NCBI GenBank assembly: GCA_012026655.1
Contig: JAAILG010000745.1
Span: 1 to 64,000 of the forward strand
Source of the DNA: Hydrolagus affinis
Lineage: Eukaryota
Reading direction: 5' to 3'
Length of the DNA: 64,000 nt
Under the pieces are notes generated by a model. That model was not told where the DNA came from and ran no database searches. It saw only the letters and a program-made list of their open reading frames with translations. The position numbers were made by a program, and so were the translations under genes. Numbering within the stretch: the stretch's first letter is position 1; every line of letters starts with the position of its first letter. Shown piece by piece: positions 10,637-23,370 of this stretch.

Positions 10637-12085
10637 AACAACAACAACTTTGATTTAAATAGCGCCCTCCACACCGGACGACGTCTCAGAGCACTTAACA
10701 GTAGCGGATCCCGGGACTGAGCCAGGGGCAGGGATAGAAAGGTGACCAAATGCGCGGTCGAAGAGAAAGGTCTTTAGCTGTGACCTGAAACTGGAAAGAG
10801 AGGGGGCGAAGCGAAGAGAGTGAGGAAGGGAGTTCCAGAGCCTTGGGGCTAAAGGACTGGAGTAATTGGGGAGCGAAGCTTGGTGTGGGTGAGTATGCGG
10901 TTGGCAGAGTTTTTAATTAGCTGGATCTTGCGGATTATGGTGGCGGGGAGACTGACGAGAAGGGCATTGCAGTAGTCCAGCCGAGAGGTGACAAAGGCAT
11001 GGACCAAGGTTTCAGTGGCTTTTAGGGTAAGGTATTGCCAGAGATGGGCAATCCGTTGGAGGTGGTAGAAGGCAGTGCTGGTGAGGGTCCGGATGTGGGG
11101 AGGAAGGACAGTTGGGGGTTGAACCTGATGCCTAGGTTGCGCACAGGTTTGGAGAGTTTTAGGGGTAGGCCGGGAAGGTGGAGGAGGTGAGAACCATGCG
11201 AATGGAGACATTGATGAGAGCCAAAGAGTATGGCCTCCGTCTTGTCAACATTCAGCTGCAAGAAATTTGCGCTCATCCAGCTCCTGACAGGAAGGCTGAC
11301 AGAACATCAGGGGACTGGGGGTTGCAAAGTGAAGTGGAGAATAGAGTTGGGTGTCATCTGCGTACGTATGGCAGTGTGCCCCATGTCTGTCCAAGACATC
11401 CCCAAGAGGGAGCATATAGATGAGGAAGAGGAGGGGGCCAAGGATGGATCCCTGGGGTACCCCAAAGGTAACTGGGTAAGAGTGGGAGGAAAAGCCATTT
11501 GTGGAGATGTACTGCTGGAGGTTTGTGAGGTAGGACTCGAACCAGGCGAGTGTGGTCCCACTGAGGTGGATGGCGGAGGACAGACGGTGAAGGAGGATGG
11601 CGTGGTCGACTGTGTCGAACGAGGTGGACAGGTCCAGGAGGATAAGGAGGCAGAGGGAGCCCTGGTCGCAGATAGCGAGGATGTCATTTGTGACTTTCAC
11701 AAGCGCAGGCTCTGTACTGTGGGCAGGGCGGAAACCGGACTGGAGGGGTTCGAAGAGGGAGTGGGAGGAGAGGTGGGCATGCAGTTGGTTTGCAACAACG
11801 CATTCCAATGCTTTTGAAAGAAAGGGTAGGTTAGAAATAGAGTGGTAGTGGCTAGGGTTTGAGGGATCTAGGGAGCGTTTTTTAAGGAGGGAGGTGACGG
11901 CAGCAGTTTTGGTGGGGTGCAGGGACTGATTCTGTGGAAAGGGACTAATTGATGATTAGTCAGCAGTGGGCAGAGGAAGGGAGCTGGGAGAGCAGTAGGT
12001 TGGTGGGGATGGGGTCGAGGCAGCAGGTGGTGGGCTTCATGGAGGAGAGCAAGAGTCAGAGAGTCCTCGGCAGGAAAGGGGGAAG
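10637..12085 (-). mobile_element. L2 LINE, 5'-truncated, frameshifted RT region plus 3' end
   Basis: ORF 11245..11808(-) has QSGFRPAHSTE, LLDLSTSFDTVDH, GVPQGSILGPLLF and YADDTQLY. Downstream frames give NFLQLNVDKTE and LVHAFVTSRLDYCNALL. The element ends in a (TTG)n tail at about 10637-10650. Confidence 0.97.
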
Positions 12086-13053
12086 CAAAATTGTCAAAGC
12101 TCTTTGCATCAATGTACAGAAATAGTTCATCCTCAAGCAGAAAGAGTGGCCTTAACCTTTTGTGCAATTCCAAATAAAGCACTGAAGGCTACACCCTGCG
12201 GGGTGTGCAGAATCCTTCCCTAAGTGTGTTTCCCTTCACACAATAAATCTATGCCTTTCTTCACTAAAGCATCTGTGTGAATCTGTCTGAACCCTTCTTT
12301 CACTCGAGTTGTTTTTCTCTCTCTCTTTCTCTCAAATCCAAATCCACCTCTTATGAATTTGAGCAGCAGGGGCTGTATGTGGTGTGTGGGTGGGGGGAGG
12401 GAATAGGGCGTAGGTCACAGGAAGGAATTTTGATTATGACTTGACAACCACCAGTGAAGTTCTGAAACTCTCAAAAGACCAAATTTTTCAAATAAAGCTT
12501 CTACAGCGGCAGGGGCTGTTGAGGTTGGTAAGTGGCAGGGTATAGGATGGGGGGTGGGGAAGGGTGTCGATGTAAGTATCTCACAGCTGACCCCTAGCAG
12601 TCAGCCTTTATCGCCACAGAGCATTGGGTTACAAGCTGGTGAGAAGATAAATCCTGCTCTAAAAACACAATTGACTCTGGCTGCCTGGTTGCCCACTGCC
12701 TGCAGACCTATCAGGAGGCTCCGCAGTTCACAAAATTGGTCAGTTCACAATCACAGGCAACTGTCTTTCCCATTAAAAGCACAATCTGCACCAGCCACAG
12801 GTAAATCAATTCAGAATAGATGTCATGCAAAATTAATGATGCAGCCCATGTGTCACAATCGCAGTTTAAGAATACAGTACACACCAGCTGAACAAAACCA
12901 CAGAAAGCAATGATTTCATCCTTTCTTTGTGGATCAACATCACGCCCGACAGTAACATTGCAGCTGGTCCGCAGACCTCCTGTAAAAATCAGAGACCCGG
13001 TTTTCTCAGGCTACATTATCACTTATTGATTTTGTGGGAAGTAAGATTAAACA

Positions 13054-13525
13054 TGTCAGCTTGGCTCAATTAGTGACAGTCTTGCCTCTGGGTCAGAAGG
13101 TTATGGGTTCAAGTCCCAAGTTAGGACTTTGAACCCCACAGTCCAGCTGACACTTGAATGCAGTGCTGTGGGTATGCTGCATTGTCAGTGGTCCTGTCCT
13201 TCGGGTGAGTTGTGAAACCCAGGTTCCATCTGCATGTTCAGGTGGGCAGTAAAGATCATATGATACTATTGGAAAAGAGAAGGGGGTTTCTCCTGGTGTC
13301 CTGCCTAACGATTCCTCCGATAAAATTGTCTGTACAACATTGCTGTGCACAAATTAGTTGTGGGACGTCCTCCTGACGTGAAAGGCGGTCTATAAATGTA
13401 ATTTTGTTGCTGTTGTTGCCTACAAATTATACAGTCACTACATTAGTGACTCATGTTGAGCACTTTGAGATGTCCTTGTGAGATGAGAGGCACTGTACAA
13501 AAGGTAAAGATGATGATTATTATTA
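13054..13525 (+). mobile_element. Old DeuSINE (SacSINE1/AmnSINE2-like), near full length
   Basis: Head TGTCAGCTTGGCTCAATT...GAAGGTTATGGGTTCAAGTCCCA, Deu domain AAAGATCATATGATACTATTGGAAAAGAG...TGGTGTCCTG, and an L2-like tail. Confidence 0.88.
13361..13418 (+). mobile_element. 58-bp L2 3'-terminal fragment inserted in the DeuSINE
   Basis: GGGACGTCCTCCTGACGTGAAAGGCGGTCTATAAATGTAATTT(TTG)n matches the L2 end at 5840-5898. Confidence 0.8.
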
Positions 13526-16256
13526 TCAATGAGCCATTAAAAAGTCTACATTTTTCTATCACTCTTGGGAACAGCTTCCATTTTTATTTTTTTGGGGAAA
13601 ATATTCAATCAAATGATGTAATTATTTACAACAGTTTTGTATATATTACAAATCAAAATGTGGTGAGATTTTGATAATGTTCATAGAACACACACGGCGC
13701 TCAACAATTTGTTTTAGAGCTAAACATATCCAACGATAAATAGGATGTGCAAAGCTGTTCACTCTACTACATGGCGCTGCACACTGTGTAGAGCTGCTTT
13801 GTTAACTGTCGAGCTCGTCAGGACTGAAACTGTCAGAATATACTATATTTCTTTGCCTTTGCAAAATGAATAAGGACATCAATAGCTAGCAATGAATACT
13901 GTATGTTATTCTGTTCCAAATCCATCCAGAATTGCACAGTATTTGAAGCCATGTTTCAGGACAGGCCTGATTTTTGTTCTGGTTATGTGAGAGTGACACT
14001 AGTGGATGTGAAAGGGATCACATAACACTATCTATACCCCAGCGTAACATATGCGGCATAGTGTTTTTGAACACGTTTATTCATATATTACGAAACTTTT
14101 TTTAAATAATGTCTTTGTTGTTTACAAAAAAAAGGGTGAGCTTTAATCACTGGGTTGTTTTTCTTTGTTGTTGTTTTTTGTTTGTTTTTAAGCTGTATTG
14201 GTTTTTGTTTTCCGTTCAGAAGTTCATTGTTACAATTGCGGAAACATACCTGGTGCTTTTATATATATATAAATAAGACAGGAGGCACTTATTTGTCCAT
14301 TAGCTTTCCATGAAAGTCCCCCCACCTCATCCCAGCATTAGAGTGTTTTTTTTCCTCTTTCACAGGAGGCGGGAGCTGTGCTTTTTGCACAGTTTCCAGT
14401 GTAATGGTAAGGAAAAGCTAATCAAAACAGCACAAATTATTTTCTTGGTAAACAGTGCCATTAGAGATGGGTGGATAAGACAGACAGCTTTGAAACTCAT
14501 TAACAGCATGGCACAGTTCCAGAAAGAGAAGAGCAATTAAAATAATACAGTACATTTCAAGTCATTTTCTTCCTGCGAAATGTAAAGCCTATTGTGCGAC
14601 TTCAATTCAGGAAGCAGGGCTTTTTCCATGTGCTTTCCCATCCTTTTTATTTTAAATAGCAAAAGGGTGAGATATCGCTGAACAGGGGCCAGAGAAAAAT
14701 GACAGATGCTTTTCAGGCTCTTAACAAATACTATTCTTACAAGCTGCCTATATCAGCCTAAGGCAAAGTAGGGAGAGAGGATTAGACTCTGTTGTTTTCT
14801 CATTTAAACCTCACCACTGAGGCGTAGTAGACAGCTGAGCTGTTGAAAGATAAGGAACACACAGATTGTAGAAGGCATTAGGGAGCTGTAGGAAAGCAGA
14901 AACATTTGAATTTTCTTGTCGCAATAAAATGAGTTTTCAGAATTGTCAGAGATTATGGACTCTGCAATCCTGGTCTTCCTAATTAAGTCTCGGCATTACT
15001 CTCCTCACTATGTTTGAGTAGGAGAGAAGGTCAAAGGTAGCTAAGGGATTTAATGAAGTAGTTATTATTCAGGGATAAGGAAAAGGAGAAAAACTTTTAA
15101 TGAAAGGACATGTGTTGAAATATTTTAATTACATAATGCGAGCAGCAGGACAAAGATTACACTACGTCCTGTGCTGACACAGCTTTCCAGTGCTTAATTG
15201 TCTTGTACCATTTTCCCGCTTAACAAAAGATGGTGCCTTTTTGCAGACATGCATCAGCTGCAGTTGGCATTATAAAAAAAACCACAGAACATCTGTCTCC
15301 ACAAAGCACAAGCTTTCTGTCAAATTCCACACTTTTCTTTTTTTAACACAAATCTGTTACATAATGCAATAGTTACTTATGTTTTAAGTGTTGGATCTTT
15401 AAAACAAAGTATTTTCTTTCTAAAAACAAAGCCCCCCACCCCACCCACCACCCTTGCTGTAGATTTCAAAGTAATGAGTGTAAAATTACCAAGTGCACTT
15501 GCAAAATAGAAAAAATAAGATCTTTAAATATAAAGCTTTGATGTTTGAGTAGATTCTAACAATTTATTTGATTTGATGTGATGCCTCGTGTCATCAAAAT
15601 GTCTCAAAGAGCTTCAGGTCATTTATGGCAAAGTGTAGTGACTGTATATTTATAGGAGAACAGCCAATTTGCCTACAGCAACATTCATCATGGCACATAG
15701 CCTTACAAAATAATGAGGTAATCCTTGCAAAGGATGGTTGGTTGGGTTGGTAAAGTGAGGTTTTCAGTGAATTTTCAGTGTATTCTGAAGCAAACGAGCG
15801 AAAGAGAGATTTTTTCAAAGAAGGCTGCAGCATATTAAAAAGAACAATAGAGAGACTTGAGGTTTAAGAGTGGTTAAACACTGTAAAGTTTGTGACGACA
15901 ATCAAAAGAGATAATGCCTCTTTAACAAGAAGGGCATTCAAAGTACAAATAATCTCCTGCTAGGAAGTACTTATTATCATTCCAGCTGTGACCCTTTCTC
16001 TCCCTCTCCCCTCCTTCTGCCTATATATGAACTGAATTGTGGATGAGAGGAGAGACAAACTTACATTTCTCTGTTCACCTGGTATGTCAATGCAGAAAGC
16101 CTTGGTGGCTATTAAGGCTGTATCTTGTCTTTTTAAAAAATCAAAATAAATGATCAACAAGATGTAATAATAATTATCCAAGATTCTAGTGTTAAGTGCA
16201 TTCCCAAGAGTCTTTGTGATGAACACAGCAAGCAATTTGTACACAAACATAATATT

Positions 16257-16414
16257 GGGGTTGATTTTGTAATATTTTGTAACAGATTTCTTTATTAAGA
16301 AATCCAGAAGCCTATATTGATCACAGAAACTTGATCAATCGAGTTCATCTGGTTTACTCTGGCAGACATCGCCATTTGGATTCCATATTAAGAAATACTG
16401 CAAAAATTGACCCC
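16257..16414. repeat. Small hairpin MITE-like element
   Basis: Termini GGGGTTGATTTTGTAATATTT / AAATACTGCAAAAATTGACCCC, with inner complementarity TTTCTTTATTAAGAAATCCA / TGGATTCCATATTAAGAAA. Confidence 0.6.
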
Positions 16415-16837
16415 AGTGTCTCCAAACTGATGTTGCAATTTGAGGGATGTCAACGATTTTTTTCTCCCATTATTTTCTCTCTTGTTTCCTCTTTCGTTCC
16501 TCCTTCATCTCCTCACCTGCTGTATTTTCCAGCAGGAGGTTACTGAATAACATTAAGAAGTATCTAGTGCCTTGACTGATTTCCTTTCCACCTCCTTAGT
16601 CCAAAGGGAACACCTAAAATAATTGTTTTTGTTACACGTTAGTTTATTTTTGAACTTTCAGATTTTTTTTTAAAATGGCAATATTACCAATGCAGTGTTC
16701 TTTGTATAACATTGATCTAAAAATAAACTAAATAAATGTCAGAGATTTAGGTGATAGTAAACAGGATTTTGTAACTGAAAATTACTTTTTAAATAATTCT
16801 GAAGGGAGTCTGCAGCTCTGACCCAATCTACAATAAT

Positions 16838-16876
16838 CACACACATATACACTCACTCACTCACTCATACACACAC
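16838..16876. repeat. Compound (CA)n/(CACT)n microsatellite
   Basis: cacacacatatacactcactcactcactcatacacacac. Confidence 0.85.
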
Positions 16877-19800
16877 AAGTACTAGGATACAGATGGCACG
16901 TCAAATCCATCACCAGTTGATTGGAATAGATTACTGAGTTGATGGAGCCGTGGGATTAGGTATGTCTTTCTGCAGGAGACTGTGAACACAGCCCCATAAT
17001 AATGATGATAGGTTATTGTCTGAATGGTCTGCCGACCAAAACAGTGCAGTGCAAACAGATCCTCCCAGGGCATTCTGCAAATCAGCAGAGATAAAAACAA
17101 CTGTTATGTGCATAATACATACTACATACATAATTTGTACATCATGTCTTGTGCTTTGAGAACCTCAAACTCACACCATAATTTTTTTTAAATTTTTTTT
17201 TTAGGGTGCAGTAAAAGCAATCAAACATCTAATCTAAACTAACCTTTGCTGACATGTGCCAGCTTTGTACAAATGTCGCATTTTTCTTCAAACAAAAATA
17301 GGTTTTTATGGAGGGAGAGAGGTTTCCTGTGTTTCCAATAAAAAGAAGGCAGCAGTCAAACATGGCAGTATTTTTAGATTCTGCTGTCATGTAAAAAGCA
17401 TAGAGTGTATTGGAAATGAAATTGGACTATAAAGGTTATTACAGAGTGATACGGCAGCTTTAACACCCAATGCTAATGACATCTTTTGAAACATAATACT
17501 ATAGTGGAATAAATAAGATCTTTCACATTATGGATTGAATACTTTCACTGTGGCCAGCTTTAACCTTGCTTTCTTGAGCGGCATTTGCCTGCAACTTTGT
17601 CATTTGTCCTTTAAGATGAATGACATGCAGCACACAATGCACAAAGCACTGTGCATAAATTAAACACATCACTGGGGCGTTAGCCAAACAGGGAAAAGAT
17701 GTCAATTAGCACCAATTATTTTCATGTCCAACGAGATTCCGGCTTCACCCCCTTTTCCCACTCCCCGTGTGAAGATCATATCAGTTCTGAAAATCATGGC
17801 GATTTGCTGTTGTGTGTTTATACAGCTTACAGCGGTATTGTGGGGATTATTCTAAAGCTGTGTTTGCTGCATTAACACTAGATTAGTGCACCCACTTAAT
17901 TCAGATGTAATACAGAAATTTGATTGAATGACTCCACGTGACCCAGTTAACTGCAAGTGCAGTCCGGTATTCTAATTTATGATCATGTACCTATTGACCT
18001 TAATGAAAGAACACAAAAGGACTGTTATAATGCTAATGTTTGCCTGCAAGCGGTCTCGCTCACGCTGTGACTAATCATTGCTCTGCATTAGACTGTGGAA
18101 GGCAATCAGATCCAGTGCCTCATGGTGAACTTTATGTACTCTTTCTAATACTTAAATAAATCCTTTTTAGAGTCAGGAAAAGCACCTGATAAGTCAATTC
18201 AGTTCAGGCTCAGTTCAGCTGCTCAAACCGATCTGCACCCAATTTTATGACTGCGCAATCAGCCTTTTGTTCTCACACATTATAGTAGTTCCTTTGAAAT
18301 CGTAAACAGGAGAAATTTCATCTCCGAATCGGTAATCTCAGAGAAATGACATTAGATTGAATTGATTGTGTACCAGCTACTGGAAGTAAATCATGTTAGT
18401 CACAGCAAAGTCACTTAACAGCAGTATAATTGTAACCTATTTTATAAGGTACCTCAATAAATAATGCATATAAAATATAATAAAAGGTACAAGAGGTCAA
18501 ATGTGTAATTCGATCCAGGATTCAGTAATGTCATTTTAGCTTTCGAGAAAACACACGAGGGTTTATAACGTTGTGAATTTTGACAGTGAATTGAAAAACA
18601 CGACAGCCATTGCTTTAATTCTCTCTGATATACCACTGTAGATGTACGATAAAAAATAGACATACAGTATTACTACTATATGCATACCTATATGTTGACT
18701 GTAAAATGGTGGTATACCACTGTATGCATGTCTCTATGTTTATTGTAAAATTTTGATATACAGTTTCACTGCAGATGTACTATACCATTGCCTATACTTT
18801 ACAGTAAAGTGCTTTGAGACATTTTGATGACATGATAATCCACTATATCAAATGCAAGGATTGTTGTAATCTGGGACTGCAAATTTGACTATAAAACGTT
18901 CCTAATACATTACTGATGGTGCTCTCTAATGCAATGCCGCAGATCTTACTGAAAAACCATGACATGCAGACTAGGACGAGAGGGAAAAAAAATCAATGAG
19001 GATTTTAGCTCCTGATCAATATCCAGTGAGCTTCACTGGGCAGAGGAGAATAATTAAAATATAGCCGTTAACTGTTCTATGCACATTTGTGGGCCATGTT
19101 AAGGGGCGTGATCACTGGAAAAATACTCCTAACTTTCTCATAATGCACAGCATATACAAATAAGTGGGCGTCACTGTGTATATTAGACAACATGACAATG
19201 TCAATATCTTCCTGCTTCATCATGAAGCAACAAAACACATGAGCCACAAAGACGCTGGTACCATCGAGTATTTAATGAATATTTATTGGATAAAAAGCAC
19301 ACACAAACACAAACACATACTTGTAATGTGCAGCTGAGGTCTGTTGGGACATATTTATATGCTGTTATAATGGGCCTAAAGCAGGCAACCTAATTATGAA
19401 AGGTTAAACTCAAAATAATCTTGTGAGTGTGTTTTATGTTGTTATTTTTAGTAAATGAAGACATCATTTGCTGAAGTATGTTACACTTATAGAGCCAGTA
19501 TGAAAAGGTATTAACAGCACTTAAGTGCACACATTTAGATGACAGTTATCTTTCAGCGGTGGTTGGAGAAGGTCCCATAAGATAGTGCACTCAGAGGGAA
19601 ATGTGGTGCTGTTATTATAGAGGATTAACCTATAATACAGCCATTTACCTTTACTCTTTATGCACTAACACCACACCACCCCCGCTACCCACACCCCCTC
19701 TTCCCAGGGCCACCTTCCCCTTCCCCCTCAAACATGACAGTGAATGTCCTTAGTTAGCAACAATAGCATATTCTAAAGCTAATTTAGAGCATTTTAATTC

Positions 19801-20489
19801 AGAAAATAATAACCTTCCCCCTCTCCTCAAACAAAATGGGTACTGGCAGTGGAATATTTTGGTCCATTTCTTTCCATTGGCTACAAACTGATACCAAACT
19901 TTTGCTGGCTTCCAACAGATGTGTTAAAAACACAGGAGGATATGATTATTGATCTGAAAATAGATACTGAAGCTGGAAAGGGAATTTGCAGAGGGCAGTG
20001 ATGGTGGTTTGTTTTGGTGCTTTGAAAGAGCGAGACTAGTTTTGTATACTGCAACGGTTTTATACTGTAATCATTTCACATAAGGACTTATTTAATTCTA
20101 AGATGTGATGAGAGAGAATGGAGTTAGTGGAGCAAAATTCCCAAGGCTCAGGACTATGCAAACTTTAATGGCGGCTCGCACCCCACAGTGGTCCTTAATT
20201 ATTATTCTTTGCAGACAGCTTAATTTCTTAGTCTAGACTATAAAGGCTCAACACACTTCCTCCCAGCTAGCTGTGAATTCCAAGTGCTCATTTCTTTAAT
20301 ATTGGATCAGGGTTTGTTGGTGATTATTTAATATGACCAACACAGTATTTCCTTATCATGACCAACATCTGCTACCCATCCCAATCCCTGAATAAGAGAG
20401 AACCAATATCAGCCATTCCAGTACTCAGCTACATCCCCTATTTACATCCTATTTCTTTAGAAAATGTCTCTATGTTGAGGCTTCTGTCC

Positions 20490-20915
20490 TGTGGTACTGA
20501 CTGATACTAATATGATGTGCTGCACTTTGGTCTTGCCCAGTATCACTAATTTGTGTCCTTCAGGTGACATGTTAAACCAAGGTCCCATTTGCCTATTCAG
20601 GCGGATGTGAAAGATCCCATAGTTCAAAAATAGAAGGGAATTTTTCTGATGTCTTGGGAAACAATACTCCCAAATAAATGTTAAAAGTCATTCACTTTAT
20701 AGCTGTTTGTGGGAACACTGCTAACAATAACAATAATATGCATTTATTATAGTGCCCTTCTTGCCAGGCGGGGTTTTAGAGTGCTTAAGCATAAATTGGC
20801 TCCTGTTTTTACCTATGTAATAGTCATTCCACTTTACAGATGATCCTATAAAGTGCTTTGAGATATCTCGACGATGTGATAAGGTGCTATTTCAAATGCA
20901 AGGATTATTATAGCA
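20490..20915 (+). mobile_element. Old DeuSINE, 5'-truncated, with an antisense L2 tail at 20723-20787
   Basis: GTTAAACCAAGGTCCCATTTGCCTATTCAGGCGGATGTGAAAGATCCCAT and tail AAGGTGCTATTTCAAATGCAAGGATTATT. Confidence 0.82.
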
Positions 20916-21347
20916 TTATTATTAATAATTTAACATTTCAGATTGGATTTTGCAGTTAATTCTAACCCAGAACATGATCCTGACCAGCTGTATTGTTTCT
21001 GGCCTCCCTGCATATGCTTAACTGCCTCATCTTACCCCACTTTGCAGCGTCTCCCAATTGCTCTGAGAAGGTTAGACCCTTCCAATAAGAAAATCAGTTG
21101 CTGATGAATGAAAATCAGTCGCTTTACATCATCTAGAAACACCGAATTGTCATGATTACCATCAGTTCACTGAATCCAGCAACATTTATTCATCATGATA
21201 AAAAAAACAAGATAACTGTAACTGTCAGTGATAATTGGGTTAATAGAGAAACAGATGGTGTGTTACAACTATTTGCTTTTCTTTTCCTCTCCAATTTGCA
21301 CCCCTTGTCTGAAGACAATTGACTGATCCTCCCTTCCAGAGTACAGG

Positions 21348-21905
21348 TATCAGCCTGACTCAGTTGGTAGCACTCTCTCTTCTGAGCCAGAAAGATGTGG
21401 GTTCAAGCTTTGCATCAAAACTTTGAATTGACATATTTGTTCAAATCCAGTCAGGGCGAAAGCTTGGGCATGTTTCCTTATTTCACACGTCTAATAATAA
21501 TTATCTCTCAAAAATTAAAACTATAATAAATCGGTCATTTCAATCCACGACTGTTTGTGCGACACTGCTGTGCGCAATTGGCTGCCGTATTTCACCTACA
21601 TATATACAGTCAATTCACTTTACAGTATATTCTGTGAAGCACTTTGAGATGTCTAGAAGATGCGAAAAGCACTATAACAAATGCAAGGATTATTATATTA
21701 TTATTATCTGAGGCTGATATTATTGGATATGTCATCCTTCAGGTGAGAAGCTAAATCAAGGTTTGCTTATTCTGTTAAATATCCAACAGCATAATTCAAA
21801 AACAGAAGTGAATTTCTCCTATTGTCCTGGTCAATAACTAAATACAATTGGTCAATCCCACCATAACTGTTTGTGGGACATTATATCAAAAGCAAGGATT
21901 ATTAT
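21348..21905 (+). mobile_element. Old DeuSINE hosting a nested family A SINE
   Basis: Head TATCAGCCTGACTCAGTTGGTAGCACTCTC...GGGTTCAAG. The Deu part resumes near 21710 (AGGCTGA...CCTTCAGGTGAGA). Confidence 0.8.
21438..21707 (+). mobile_element. SINE family A, 5'-truncated at the B box, short variant
   Basis: GTTCAAATCC...AGGGCGAAAGCTTGGGCATGTTTCCTTA...GCAAGGATTATT. Confidence 0.9.
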
Positions 21906-21924
21906 TCGTATAATTCCACATGTG

Positions 21925-22150
21925 CCAGGCTCCAATTGGTACCTCACATGTGGCTTTTATTTTTGTGCGTGCTTTGACAGTGAGTGTAAGTGTACTGCTT
22001 GATCAGAGGAGGTGTCACAGCCAAGCCTGACTCTGCTTTTGGATGCAAGCAGCTCATCAGATACTAATCCCAAGCTGGGGAAGAAATGAAAATCAGCCCA
22101 GGAGTGGCAAGCATGGCTTTATTTTCTCCTCTCCAGCTGGGGGTTCTGAG
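21925..22150 (-). mobile_element. Old SINE-like family B fragment
   Basis: The reverse complement GGCTTGGCTGTGACACC...ACACTCACTGTCAAAGCACGCACA matches 10530-10570 and 51890-51960. Confidence 0.55.
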
Positions 22151-23149
22151 TGGGGATTGTTGTCATACCCTCGTTAGGGTCCCAATCTTTTGGGAGCTTT
22201 TATAATATTTGATATAATGTCAGAAGGATATCTCAGGGTAGCTTCAAAGGATTTACTGTAAAGTGTATTTTGTAGGCGAACATTACTACAGTAATTTTTT
22301 TTAATGTGGCAAGGATTTTTAAAATTATTTTAATCCATTAATTATTTCTATAATTATTATTTAGTTTTATTAATATTCATTTCAGTTCTTAATTGCATTT
22401 CATGTCCAGGTTCCTCCAGCACTGCTACCAAACAGAATCACAGCCAAACTGGACATGCCATCTTGTGAAACGCAGTGCTATAATAATTCTAGCAACAATC
22501 AGTTAGCAAGCTATTCAGCATTTTAAACTCATTCACTGGTTCCACAAGAGTGCCGTAAATGTCTCAGTTTCCACAGAATGTTTTCACAAAACCAGTAAAT
22601 TTCAGCAGACAGATTATTACAAGCTAAACAAACCATTCATGTCAAAACTTTGACTAATTGCCTCCACTAGTTTTCAGCCGGTTTACATTGTTATCCAGTT
22701 CTTTCCTACCTCATATTTTCTAATCTTGCAGAAGTAAAACAAATCTATTCAACAGAAGTTCCATAGAGAGGGGAGAAATGTGATAGGCGATCACATTACC
22801 AAAAATTGCAGCCCAAGACAGTGATTAATTATCGACTGGTTTGGGTGTGAACATTCTTTCCTCCCTCCCACTACACGAGGGTTAGCACAAGGGTTTGGCT
22901 TGAAGCCAGCCAAAGTCTCCAACCGCCACCACTGTTAGAGTTGCTTCATTACTTCTATAGGCCCGTCACAGTTAGGGTCCTATACAAAGCTATGCCATTG
23001 AACAGCCCTGCACTATGGGCTGCAAAAACAACAGTGTTGATTGGAGGCTTTGTGCTGAACTATTATGCTAACGTTGAAGGGGCTGATCACACCCAGTCAG
23101 TAAATAAAGATTGTTGTTACACTGCAATTTTTAGTATTGTGATTTTTTT

Positions 23150-23370
23150 TACATAGAACACTACAGTATGCCATTTTGATGCAACTTTTTCATGCCAGTG
23201 AAATCCACACTAGCCTCACACCTCTTTTAGTTCCCACTCCCATTCCATTCCCTTCTCCCTCATGTATGCACCAAGCTGCCTCTTAAATGTATCGATGCTT
23301 TCTGCTTGAACCACAGGCTCGGGCAGTGAGTTCTACATTTCTATTTGCCTGTGCCCTCTGTGAAAAGTCC
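23150..23370 (-). mobile_element. Old CR1 3' fragment
   Basis: CATAGAA tail remnant plus CTCTTAAATG...GCTTGAACCAC...GGCAGTGAGTTCTACA (antisense of the WNSLP...FK region). Confidence 0.7.

Noticed and set aside
11230-11817. 195-aa plus-strand ORF, the longest in the track
   Set aside because: It is the antisense shadow of the L2 reverse-transcriptase frame at 11245-11808(-), not an independent gene.
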